This document shows, piece after piece, positions 21,582-31,090 of a DNA stretch of 64,000 nucleotides. Every line of letters begins with the position of its first letter. Position 1 is the stretch's first letter. The position numbers were made by a program, and so were the translations under genes. This DNA is from Myxococcota bacterium (GTDB lineage: Bacteria; Myxococcota; JACRCW01). The notes below the pieces were generated by a model. That model was not told the DNA's origin. It did not search any database and saw only the letters and a program-made list of their open reading frames with translations. The stretch is taken from assembly GCA_040752415.1 (NCBI GenBank), contig JBFMGU010000010.1, positions 1 through 64,000 of the forward strand, given 5' to 3'.

Positions 21582-21818
21582 GGTGTCCACGCAAGGGTCC
21601 CCGCCGGGGCTGGACCCTCGTGAAGCTCGTCGATGCGGCGGGTCCTGGGACGCTCCCGCTGCGCTCGAAGGGCAACCTCCCGCCATCACGCAGTTCACCG
21701 AGAAGTAATGACGCCGTGGTGCGAGCGCAGGCGGCGGCGCAGGTTCCGTCCGCGCTCACGTCAGCGTCCCACCCCGGAGCTGGCGGCTGTGCTGCCGTGC
21801 CCGGAGCTCGCGGCGTGC

Positions 21819-22274
21819 TCAGCTCAGGGCGCCCGCGAGGATGTCCCCAACCACGGGGGCCTTGTCGGCGTGGTGGTGGATGAGCTTCCACCCGCCGTCT
21901 CTGCGACGGAAGATGTTGGTGCAGTTCAACGACATGCGGACCGTCTTGCCGTTGACGTTGTTCTCGCTTTCGAAGACCCCCGTGGTGTAGGCCACGTCTC
22001 CCAGCACGAACACCCTCTCAATACGGATGCCCATCACGGGCGGCGCACCCTGTGGAGCGGCAGCGGTGTTCTGCCGACTTAGCGCCGCCAGCTCCTCCCA
22101 GGTGGCCAGCACCTCGTCCCAGCCATGTGCCCATTCCCCAATGGGATGGCCAGAGGAAACTTCCGCACCGTGGTCCCACACGCGTCGCATGGGGTCCAGG
22201 TTGCCAGCCATGAGGAGGCCCAGGGCCTCGTAGAACCGCAAGGCCGCCGCCTTGACCTCGTCAGCATCAGCCAT
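21819..22274 (-). CDS. SnoaL-like / NTF2-fold protein
   Basis: FYEAL...HPIGEWAHGWDEV...TNIFRRRDGGWKLIHHH. Confidence 0.85.
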   Translation of the reverse strand: MADADEVKAAALRFYEALGLLMAGNLDPMRRVWDHGAEVSSGHPIGEWAHGWDEVLATWEELAALSRQNTAAAPQGAPPVMGIRIERVFVLGDVAYTTGVFESENNVNGKTVRMSLNCTNIFRRRDGGWKLIHHHADKAPVVGDILAGALS

Positions 22275-22680
22275 GGTTCACCTCCCTGGGGGGACCTGCG
22301 TGCAGCGCCACCGCTGCCTCGGCGTCCGACGTCACGCACGACCAGGCGCTGGCGTCGGTCTCCTTGATGAGTCGCTGGAGCTGCAACCGGGTCAGCGCGT
22401 TGGGACAGAGGATGATGGCCCGCGAAAGCCCGCCCGCCTGCAGCGCGATGAAGATGCGGCGCCACGCTTCCTGTCCTGCCAGCCGTTGCGGCTTCAGATG
22501 GGTTGCATCCGCCCGCACCACCACCGGACGCAGGACCTTTTGACAAGCGCCCATCATCGCGTCGGCGAACTGTCCGGCCACGTCGTCCGGCCAGAACCCC
22601 CACACCTGAAGGCGCAACGCGCTTGCGAAGTGGTCGTAGGCTATCGAGTAGCCGCCGTCATCATTGCCGCCCCTGGTCAT
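22267..22680 (-). CDS. Hypothetical STAS/SEC14-like protein
   Basis: LRLQVWGFW...ALTRLQLQRL pattern; overlaps the SnoaL-like gene start. Confidence 0.55.
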   Translation of the reverse strand: MTRGGNDDGGYSIAYDHFASALRLQVWGFWPDDVAGQFADAMMGACQKVLRPVVVRADATHLKPQRLAGQEAWRRIFIALQAGGLSRAIILCPNALTRLQLQRLIKETDASAWSCVTSDAEAAVALHAGPPREVNHG

Positions 22681-23288
22681 CGCGTCCTCAACTCAACCCA
22701 TTTCGCCCGGAAGGCCTCTTCGGCGCAGTCCGTGCGGACCTTGAGCGATTGATGAGGGGCCAGGCTGGGAGCGGGGCATAGCGTCAATTCCTGTCTTCCT
22801 TACGTGGACCTGCCTTAGCCGGAGCGCTCTCCGCATTAGGCGCGCGGCAACCTCGACGTCGTGCCTGGCCGCGCCGGTGGAGCGCCGGCTTGGGCGGAAG
22901 TGCTCCCATGGGATTCAAACCTGAACGCCAAGAAGGTCTTGCCCTGCGTGTGCGGGATTCCCCGGTGATTGCCAGCCGCGGCCGAAGTTGCGTGAACAAG
23001 GTCTCCATCGCCCGGTGGTCAAAGGTGGGGTTTCCGTGGGTGTTGCGCTGGGCCGCGGCAGCGTCCCCCAGGGTGACGACGTGGATTGCGACGGTGGACA
23101 ACCACGCTGCGTCCTGTGTCATACCCAGGAGCGGCCGGGCGGGGTTGGGCTTCCGCGTAACCAGGGCTAATTGCGGGTTGCGGAGATCCTGCGGACCATC
23201 ACAAGATGGGACCCGCTCATCGTCCAGGTCACCGCCAGGTTCCATGGGCCAGCAGGCTTGGACGTGAGCAACGGGGGAGGCGACGTCC

Positions 23289-23777
23289 ATGGCGGTCTTC
23301 GCACAGCCGCAGGTTGACGTCCTGACGTTCGAGGTCGGGGGCCAGTGTTATGCCCTTCCCTCCCGTTCCGTGCGTGAAGTGTTGCGCGCGGTGAGCATTG
23401 TGCCCCTTCCGAGTGGGCCTCGTGTCGTGGAAGGCATCATCAACGTTCGCGGGTCGGTGGTCCCGGTCCTGGACATTCGCAGCCGCTTCCGCCTTCCGCC
23501 AAAGTCGTTGGAGCACACGGATCACCTCGTGGTTGCGTGGGCGGGGCGCCGTGTGGTGGCCATTCGCGCCGACCGCGCCCAGGACGTGCTTCGGATCGAC
23601 GGGGCGCAGCTCGAGGACGTGGCGGTGGCCATTCCGGGGGCAGGGTACGTGGCTGGGGTTGCCAAGCTCCGGGATGGACTCCTGCTCATCCATGACCTCG
23701 AGACCTTCCTGGCAGAAGCAGAGGCAACAGCGCTTGACGCCGCGGTGGCGACGGTGTCGTCGGAGGACTCCAGATGA
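23289..23777 (+). CDS. cheW: Chemotaxis coupling protein CheW
   Basis: YALPSRSVREVL...VEGIINVRGSVVPVLDI; GGAGG RBS. Confidence 0.92.
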   Translation: MAVFAQPQVDVLTFEVGGQCYALPSRSVREVLRAVSIVPLPSGPRVVEGIINVRGSVVPVLDIRSRFRLPPKSLEHTDHLVVAWAGRRVVAIRADRAQDVLRIDGAQLEDVAVAIPGAGYVAGVAKLRDGLLLIHDLETFLAEAEATALDAAVATVSSEDSR

Positions 23778-25239
23778 GCGAGCCCGCATCGTCGGGGCAC
23801 GGTTACGACGCGGTGGCGCGCCTGGTTGGCGCTCGCACCGGGCTCGCCTTCGCGCCCACCGCTGGGAAGACGCCGTGGGCGGGATTCGCCGCGCGATGGC
23901 CCGGGCGGCCATCGAGAGCATTGATGAATACCTCGGGGTGGTGTCCAGCAGGACCGAGGCACTGGACGGTCTCGTCGCGGAGCTCACCGTTGGCGAAACC
24001 TACTTCTTCCGCGAGCCGGCGCAGTTCGGGTTCATCCGTGACGAGGTCTTGCCTGGGTTGGTGCAGCAACGTGGACCATGCCACGTCCTTCAAGTGTGGA
24101 GCGCTGGTTGCGCGTCCGGAGAGGAGCCCTATTCGCTGGCCATTCTGCTGGAGGGAGCGGGACTGCTCCGTCGCGCCCATGTCATCGGCACGGACATCTC
24201 CCGCCCCGCTCTCGCCCGGGCCGCCGCGGCGTCCTACAGCCCGTGGTCCCTGCGCGGGGTCGAAGAATCCCTGGTGAGGCGGTACTTCCGGCCATGCGGT
24301 GTCCACCACGTTCTCGACGGGACCGTCAAGGAGTCCGTCACCTTCCGCTACCTGAACCTGGCACAAGATCCCTACCCGCCCGTTGCGAGCGGTGCGGGTT
24401 TAGACCTCATCCTATGCAGGAACGTGCTCATCTACCTCGACCGGCAGACGGTGGCCCGCATTGCCGCTCGGCTCTTTGACGCACTGGCGCCAGGTGGCTG
24501 GCTCGTCGCGGGTCCCTCCGACCCCCCGCTTTCCGAGCTGGCGCCGTTCGAGACCGTCGTGACCCGGCATGGCGTGTTCTACCGTCGTGGGGAGGCGGGT
24601 CGTCGCATCTTCGCGCCGGTTCATTCACTTCGTCTTGAGCCCACGTCACCGAGCGCTGGTGGTCCACTTCCCACGGATCCTCCATCTCGCGCCACCTCGT
24701 CATTGGGCGCTTCCGGCCCGCGTGCAGCGTCTGGCCCCGTTTCCCGGGGAGACCTGGTGAGTCCCGGGCGTGACGCCGAGGTGGAGGGAGAACACGGTGT
24801 GGCCGCGGCCTCCCTGCGACCCACCGACCCGGAGGCCGCCGAGCTCGCGGTGCGTGCATGTGCAAACCACGTCAGCGTCCAGGCCGCGGCCAAAGAGGCG
24901 GCGAAAGCAATACGGTGCCACGCGTTGTCCCCTTCGCTGCACTTTCTCCATGCCGTCCTGCTGCAGGAGTTGGGGCGCCTGGATGAAGCCGTGGAAGCGC
25001 TCAGGCGCGCGCTGTACCTGGACCGGTCCCTCGCCATTGTCCACTTTGTCCTGGGAACCGTGCTGGCGCGTCGGGGCGAGATTCAAGCGGCGCGCCGGGA
25101 ATTCCGGACCGCCGCGGACCTTGCCAGTGCCCGTCCCCCCGGCGAGCTCGTTCCCCTTGGAGACGGAGAGCGGGCCGGGCGACTCGCCCATGCCGCGCGA
25201 ACGTGGATGGAGTCCCTCCATGAGGAGCACGCCTCATGA
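23774..25239 (+). pseudogene. cheR: CheR methyltransferase with C-terminal TPR, 1-nt frameshift near 23855 (real or sequencing error)
   Basis: N-terminus MSEP...ARTGLAFAP is in one frame and HRWEDAVGGIRRAM...ETYFFRE...WSAGCASGEEPYS...ILCRNVLIY in another; one extra C in CCC (23855-23857) restores the ORF. Confidence 0.85.
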
Positions 25240-25871
25240 CCGCACCGCGGCGCAGGAAGAGGACGCCGGTCGACTGGCCGGAGGTCCGCGAACGACTCGC
25301 GCGCACGCAGGCTGCCTTGGAGTCCGCTCTCATGCTCACGCCGGAACGTGCGCGGGCGCTGATGGACGAGCGCGCCCGGTCCCTGGCGTCGGCGGGTACC
25401 GGGGGTGGGCAGACGCAGGAGACGCTGGAGGTTGTGACCTTTGCGCTCGGGCGCGAGCACTACGGGATCGAGACCAGGTTCGTCCGGGAGGTCCGGCGGC
25501 TGGCGGATCTCACGCCGGTACCGGGTGTCCCCGACTTCGTCCTCGGCATCACGAACCTGCGCGGTGAGGCGCTCGCAGTCATCGACCTGCGGAGGTTCTT
25601 CGGCATCGCCGGGACCGGTCTTGCCGACCTTTCGCGTGTGGTCGTGCTCGGGACGGAGCATGATGAGTTCGGGATTCTCGCCGACGTTGCGCACGCGGTT
25701 GTACGCATCCCGGCGTCCGCGGCCTTGGCGCCCCCCGAGTCTGTGGCGGGCGTTGGACGCGGGTACCTGCGCGGCGTGACCCGTGATGCCCTCGTTGTGC
25801 TCGACGGCACCGCGCTTCTTGAGGACCGGCGACTCGTCGTCGATCACGGCGCCGCAGAGCTGCGCACTTAG
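25236..25871 (+). CDS. cheW: Second CheW (WspD-like)
   Basis: FALGREHYGIE...LGITNLRGEALAVIDL. Confidence 0.9.
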   Translation: MTAPRRRKRTPVDWPEVRERLARTQAALESALMLTPERARALMDERARSLASAGTGGGQTQETLEVVTFALGREHYGIETRFVREVRRLADLTPVPGVPDFVLGITNLRGEALAVIDLRRFFGIAGTGLADLSRVVVLGTEHDEFGILADVAHAVVRIPASAALAPPESVAGVGRGYLRGVTRDALVVLDGTALLEDRRLVVDHGAAELRT

Positions 25872-25882
25872 GAGAACATAGG

Positions 25883-27523
25883 ATGATTCAGGAAATTCCA
25901 TGGGCGCGAAGCCTCAGTACGAAGCTGGGCGGCATCACGCTTGCGCTGCTTGGCCTCACGCTCATCCTCGTGGCGGCGAACCTCTACACGCTTCAAGGCA
26001 TCAAGAGCGACGCCGCGCATCTTGAGGCGTTCGGGCGCGCGCGAAAGCAGATCTATGAGTACATGTACCTCGCCCACCGGCGTTTTGAGGTGACCGGTGC
26101 CGAGCGCGACGCGGTGTCCAACGACCTGCGGGACGTCATGGCCAAGGTGGAGGCCCGCTTCTCGGCGTTGACGCTTGGTGACCTCTCCACCGGGACGCCC
26201 GGTGTGACCGACGAACACCTGCGCGAGTCCATTCGTCAGCGACGGGAACAATGGAACGACCAGATCAAGCCAGCGCTGACGCGTCTGCTCACCGTGGGCA
26301 GCCTCGAGGAGGCCGAGCCGCACCTGCGGGTCCTGCGGGAATCCATCTCTTCCCGCGTGGCGGATCTCGAGAAGGACATGGATGCCGCCAGGCGCCTGTC
26401 CGAGCGGAAGGTCGAGCGTTTCGAGGTCCTCCAATACGCTTTCATCGCCTTCGTCCTGGTGGTGCTGGCGTTGGTGTTCCGCGTTGCCCAGAGCGTGGCG
26501 CGCCGTACGGAGAGCCTCGCAACCACCGCTGAGCGCATCGCTTCGGGCGACCTCCAGCTCGCGGCCCCCGTGACCGGCTCCGACGAGATCGCGGCGCTCG
26601 GGATGGCGTTCAACGCGATGACCGCCCACCTGAGGCGGATCATCGAATCCGAGAAGGAAGGGCGCGCGAAACTGGAGCAACTCCTTGCGGCGGTTGCGGA
26701 GACGACCAATGCGCTGGCCTCCGGGACCTCGGAGATCCTGGCGGGGACCACCCAGCAGGCTTCTGGCGCCCAGGAGCAGGCAACGGCGGTCTCGGAGACG
26801 GTGACCACCGTCGACGAGGTGACACAGACCGCAGACCAGGCCGCGCAACGCGCCCGGTCCGTGGCCGAGTCATCCCAGCGGTCCCTGGAGATTTCGAGGG
26901 TGGGGCGAAAGGCGGTGGAAGACACGATCGCGGGGATGGGAACCGTGAAGGAGCAGGTGGAGGGGATTGCGGAGAGCATCCTCGCGCTCGCGGACCAGGC
27001 GCAGGCCATTGGCGAGATCATTGCCACGGTCAACGACATTGCCGAGCAGACCAACATCCTTGCGCTCAACGCCGGTATCGAGGCTTCACGTGCCGGGGAG
27101 CAGGGGAAGGGCTTCTCGGTTGTCGCCGCCGAGGTCAAGGCCCTGGCCGACCAGGCGAAGAAGGCCACGGCGCAGGTGCGTCAGCTGCTCGGCGACATCC
27201 AGAAGGCCACCAACAGCGCGGTGATGGCGGCGGAAGACGGAACCAAGAGTGTCAACGACACCACGAAGCTGGTGCTCCAGGCGGGAGACGCCATCAAGCA
27301 GCTCTCGGAAACCATTGCCGAGGCCGCGCAATCCGCCGCGCAGATTGCCGCGTCGGCGGGTCAGCAGGCGGCGGGAATGTCGCAGATCCACCAGGCCATG
27401 AAACAGGTGAGCCAGGCGACAAACCAGAGTCTGGCGTCCACAAGGCAGCAGGAGCGCGCGGCGCAGGACCTCAACGTCCTCGGCACCCGGCTCAAGCAGC
27501 TCATGGGCGGGTTCGGGCGGTGA
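25883..27523 (+). CDS. Methyl-accepting chemotaxis protein
   Basis: Two TM helices, HAMP domain, hairpin-tip motif IAEQTNILALNAGIEASRAGEQGKGFSVVA. Confidence 0.95.
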   Translation: MIQEIPWARSLSTKLGGITLALLGLTLILVAANLYTLQGIKSDAAHLEAFGRARKQIYEYMYLAHRRFEVTGAERDAVSNDLRDVMAKVEARFSALTLGDLSTGTPGVTDEHLRESIRQRREQWNDQIKPALTRLLTVGSLEEAEPHLRVLRESISSRVADLEKDMDAARRLSERKVERFEVLQYAFIAFVLVVLALVFRVAQSVARRTESLATTAERIASGDLQLAAPVTGSDEIAALGMAFNAMTAHLRRIIESEKEGRAKLEQLLAAVAETTNALASGTSEILAGTTQQASGAQEQATAVSETVTTVDEVTQTADQAAQRARSVAESSQRSLEISRVGRKAVEDTIAGMGTVKEQVEGIAESILALADQAQAIGEIIATVNDIAEQTNILALNAGIEASRAGEQGKGFSVVAAEVKALADQAKKATAQVRQLLGDIQKATNSAVMAAEDGTKSVNDTTKLVLQAGDAIKQLSETIAEAAQSAAQIAASAGQQAAGMSQIHQAMKQVSQATNQSLASTRQQERAAQDLNVLGTRLKQLMGGFGR

Positions 27524-29748
27524 CCATGGACAAGGACACGCTCAAGGCGCGCCTGTTGGCAACGTTCCTGGGAGAGCTGCAGGAACAGGTGCGCGCGCTT
27601 GAGGCCAACGCCATGGCGTTGGAGAAGTACCCGGAGGAAGCGCGCCCGGAGATCCTGAAGGCGCTGTTCAGGGTTGCGCATAGCCTCAAGGGTGCGGCCC
27701 GCTCGGCGGGAGTGCCACTGATCGAGGCTGCGTGCCATCGCCTGGAGGAGACGCTTGGCAGGGCACGGGACGGTCTCTTTCCGGTGGGGCCGGACCTTGT
27801 CCCGGAGCTGCTGGCCACGGTGGACGCCCTGTCTGACGCCGGGCGTCGCATGCGGGCCGGTGAGGAGCTCCGGGGCGGGCCGTTGGCGATGATCCTGACG
27901 CGGATGGAAGACGCCGGTCATCTGGCCGCGCCGCCGCCGTCGTCATCACCCGCGCCCGCCAGGGTTGCCCCGGTGCAACAGGAGGGAGAGGGCGTGGTGA
28001 GGCTCGCGGCGGTGAAGCTGGACGCGCTGGTGTCCCGCAGCGGCGAGCTCCTGGTGGCGCGTCGACGAGCCGAGAGATGGGTCAGCGCTGTTGCAGGGTT
28101 GCGGGAGACCTTGAGCCAGTGTCTGGGTGAATGGCAGCGCGTCGAGAAGCCCCTGCGTAGATTCGTGAGCCCCAACCACGGTGAGACCAGGCACGCCCGG
28201 CCGGAGAGGCTGCGACCGTTCACGCGCCGCACCACGGTGGCGGTGGGGCGCACCAGGGACGGTCTGAGGAAACTGGAACGCGATCTGGATCGCCTCGCGC
28301 ACGGGTTGGCGTCGGACCATCGCGTGCTCGAGCAGGCGGCGTCCCTGCTTGAAGACGAGGTGCGGCGTGTCCGGATGCTGCCCTTTGGCGAGGCGTGTGA
28401 GGGGCTGGAGCGCGCGGTCCGTGACCTGGCGAAGGCCGCGGGCAAGGAGATTGACCTCGTTGTGGAAGGGGCGGACGTGGAGCTGGACCGCGCCATCCTG
28501 GCAGGCCTCCGGGACCCGCTGCTCCACCTGGTTCGCAATGCCGTGGACCATGGCATCGAGACGCCGGCCGAGCGGATCGCGCGGGGCAAGCCCGCACACG
28601 GTTGCATCCGGGTTGCCGCCGTCCTCAAGGGCACGGGCGTGCAAGTCGTTGTCGACGACGATGGTCGTGGCATTGACGTGGATGCCATCCGCGAACAGGC
28701 GAGGAAGCGGAACCTCCCGGTCCCCGACGACGACAGGGATGTGGTGCGGCTGATCTTCCTGGCCGGGTTCTCGACCTCACGGCTGATCACGGAGCTCTCG
28801 GGAAGGGGCATTGGCCTGGACGTGGTGGGCCACCAGATCCAGGCGTTGCATGGCGGCGTGGACCTGTCATTCCAGCCCGGCCGCGGCACCCGCTTCCTCC
28901 TCACACTCCCGCTGACGCTGACCACGCTGCGTGTGCTCCTCGTCCAGTGCGCCGGGCGGACGTTCGCGCTTCCCAGCGCCCAGGTGCGACGGATTGTGCG
29001 CGCCGGGCTCGGCGACCTCGGTTCCGTGGAGGGCCGGGAGGTGCTGCTGACCGGAGCCGCGCCGATTCCGATTGCGTCGCTGGGGGAGACGCTGGGGCTC
29101 GGCTCGAATGCACGGCTGGGAGCGGGGGGAAGGGTTCCGCTCGTCGTTGTGGCGGAGGGCAAGCACGAAGTGGCGCTCGCGGTGGATGACCTCCTTGCGG
29201 AGCAGGACGTGGTAGTCAAGAACCTCGGACGGCGGCTGCGTCGGGTCCGTCACTTCAGCGGAGCCACGGTCCTTCCCACGGGGCAGCTCTCACTCATCAT
29301 TGCCGCAGCCGAGCTGGTCCAGACGGCCCTCCAGCGCGCGCCTGCACGGTCCATCGGCTTGAAGCCGGACGAGAGGCCCGCCGCGAAGTTGCGCCTGCTC
29401 GTGGTGGATGACTCCGTGACAACCCGCAGCCTGGAGAAGAGCATTCTTGAAGCCGCCGGTTATGAAGTGCTGACGGCCGCCGACGGTGCGGAGGCCTGGC
29501 GGTTGCTGCAGGAGCGCGGCGCGGATCTCGTCGTGGCGGACGTGGAGATGCCCCACATGGACGGCTTCGCGCTGACGGAAGCCATTCGCTCCTCCAAGCG
29601 TTTCCGGAAGTTGCCGGTCATCCTGGTCACCGCACTGGAGACCGAGCGCGGCAAGGCACGCGGTCTTGAGGTGGGCGCCGACGCCTATCTGCTCAAGAGC
29701 ACCTTCGACCAGAAGCAGCTCATCGAGGTCATCACCAGCCTGTTGTGA
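27520..29748 (+). CDS. cheA: CheA-REC hybrid kinase (WspE-like)
   Basis: Hpt AHSLKGAA; HLVRNAVDHGIE; SGRGIGLDVV; CheW domain; C-terminal REC. Confidence 0.95.
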   Translation: MTMDKDTLKARLLATFLGELQEQVRALEANAMALEKYPEEARPEILKALFRVAHSLKGAARSAGVPLIEAACHRLEETLGRARDGLFPVGPDLVPELLATVDALSDAGRRMRAGEELRGGPLAMILTRMEDAGHLAAPPPSSSPAPARVAPVQQEGEGVVRLAAVKLDALVSRSGELLVARRRAERWVSAVAGLRETLSQCLGEWQRVEKPLRRFVSPNHGETRHARPERLRPFTRRTTVAVGRTRDGLRKLERDLDRLAHGLASDHRVLEQAASLLEDEVRRVRMLPFGEACEGLERAVRDLAKAAGKEIDLVVEGADVELDRAILAGLRDPLLHLVRNAVDHGIETPAERIARGKPAHGCIRVAAVLKGTGVQVVVDDDGRGIDVDAIREQARKRNLPVPDDDRDVVRLIFLAGFSTSRLITELSGRGIGLDVVGHQIQALHGGVDLSFQPGRGTRFLLTLPLTLTTLRVLLVQCAGRTFALPSAQVRRIVRAGLGDLGSVEGREVLLTGAAPIPIASLGETLGLGSNARLGAGGRVPLVVVAEGKHEVALAVDDLLAEQDVVVKNLGRRLRRVRHFSGATVLPTGQLSLIIAAAELVQTALQRAPARSIGLKPDERPAAKLRLLVVDDSVTTRSLEKSILEAAGYEVLTAADGAEAWRLLQERGADLVVADVEMPHMDGFALTEAIRSSKRFRKLPVILVTALETERGKARGLEVGADAYLLKSTFDQKQLIEVITSLL

Positions 29749-29757
29749 GAGGGAAGG

Positions 29758-30804
29758 ATGATTCGAACCCTTGTTGCCGAGGACTCGCTCACCACCCGCG
29801 AACTGCTCGTGGCCGTCCTGCGCTCCGACCCGCAGGTTGACGTTGTGGGTGAGGCGGCCAACGGTGTTGAAGCATTGGAGATGACCCGGAAGCTTCGACC
29901 CGACGTTGTCACCATGGACATCCGCATGCCGCTCCTCGACGGCTTCGAGGCCACGCGGCAAATCATGGTCGAGGCGCCCACGCCGATCGTCATCGTGTCG
30001 GCGAGCATCGACGTCCGCGACGTGGAGGTCTCCATGCACGCCTTGCGCGCCGGCGCACTGGCGCTGCTCCCGACACCCTCGGGACCGGGATCGCCGGCGT
30101 TCGAGGAGCAGGCGAAGCACTTCCTTGAGACCGTGAAGTTGATGTCGCAGGTCAAGGTGGTGCGCCGCTGGCCCCGGCACCGCGCCAGCGCCTCCGCTCC
30201 AAGCCCGGTTCCCGCCGGTGCGCGACCGCAGGTTGTCGCCGTGGGGGCGTCGACCGGCGGCCCCGCCGCGTTGGCGCGCATCATCTCGGAGCTGCCCGGA
30301 GACTTCCCCGTGCCGCTGCTCGCGGTGCAGCACATCGCCCGGGGATTCATGGATGGATTCGCCGCATGGTTGAACGCAGCGGGGGCTCTCAAGGTGAAGA
30401 TTGGTGAGGACGGTGAGCCGCTGCAGCCGCGGACCGTGTACCTGGCGCCCGACGACGCCCACCTGGGTGTGTCGCCGGATCGGGTTTCCATCACCGTCTC
30501 GCGTGCGGCGTCGGTCGGAGGGTTTCGTCCGTCGGCGAGTTACCTCTTTGCATCTGTTGCCCGGGCTTTCGGCCCTTCCGCGGTGGCGGTCATCCTCACC
30601 GGGATGGGCAACGACGGCATCGAAGGTCTCCGCGCGGTGCATGCCGGTGGCGGGCGCGTCCTGGCACAGGACGAGGAGACCTCGGTCGTCTTCGGCATGC
30701 CTGGGGCCGCGGCGGCCGCGGGCGTCGTGGACGTGGTCCTTCCTCTCGGGGCAATCGCTTTCCGTCTCCTGGAGTTGGTGGGAAGGGGAGGGCCACACGC
30801 ATGA
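29758..30804 (+). CDS. cheB: Protein-glutamate methylesterase CheB
   Basis: REC domain plus GASTGGP, VQHI and LTGMGNDG motifs. Confidence 0.95.
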   Translation: MIRTLVAEDSLTTRELLVAVLRSDPQVDVVGEAANGVEALEMTRKLRPDVVTMDIRMPLLDGFEATRQIMVEAPTPIVIVSASIDVRDVEVSMHALRAGALALLPTPSGPGSPAFEEQAKHFLETVKLMSQVKVVRRWPRHRASASAPSPVPAGARPQVVAVGASTGGPAALARIISELPGDFPVPLLAVQHIARGFMDGFAAWLNAAGALKVKIGEDGEPLQPRTVYLAPDDAHLGVSPDRVSITVSRAASVGGFRPSASYLFASVARAFGPSAVAVILTGMGNDGIEGLRAVHAGGGRVLAQDEETSVVFGMPGAAAAAGVVDVVLPLGAIAFRLLELVGRGGPHA

Positions 30805-31090
30805 TGCGCCCACGTCCTGACGCCGCTCACCCGGGTGCCCGGGGGCCCGTGGGCGTCGCCCTTCCGCGCGTGGTGGATTCGCACGGCGCGCGAAAGGTTC
30901 CCACGGGCAGGAAATCCCTCTCACGTCTTCATCCGCAGCGCGGCGACACCACGGTTCCGGCGTTTCACGTCAGGCGCCTTGCACGCTGCATCACAACACG
31001 CCAGGGCGGGCGACCCGTGGTTCGGGAGGCCGTGCGGCATGGAACCGCCGTCCCGTTCGCGCCACCGTCCTCGCGCGGGGGTAGAGCCAC

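Noticed and set aside
22681..23288. c-di-GMP riboswitch or small gene in the 600-nt gap before cheW
   Set aside because: No GEMM motif seen; the ORFs lack codon bias and recognisable motifs.
23398..23773. N-terminal extension of the 613-aa CheR ORF
   Set aside because: It overlaps cheW out of frame and is non-protein-like; the true start is 23774 with a frameshift.
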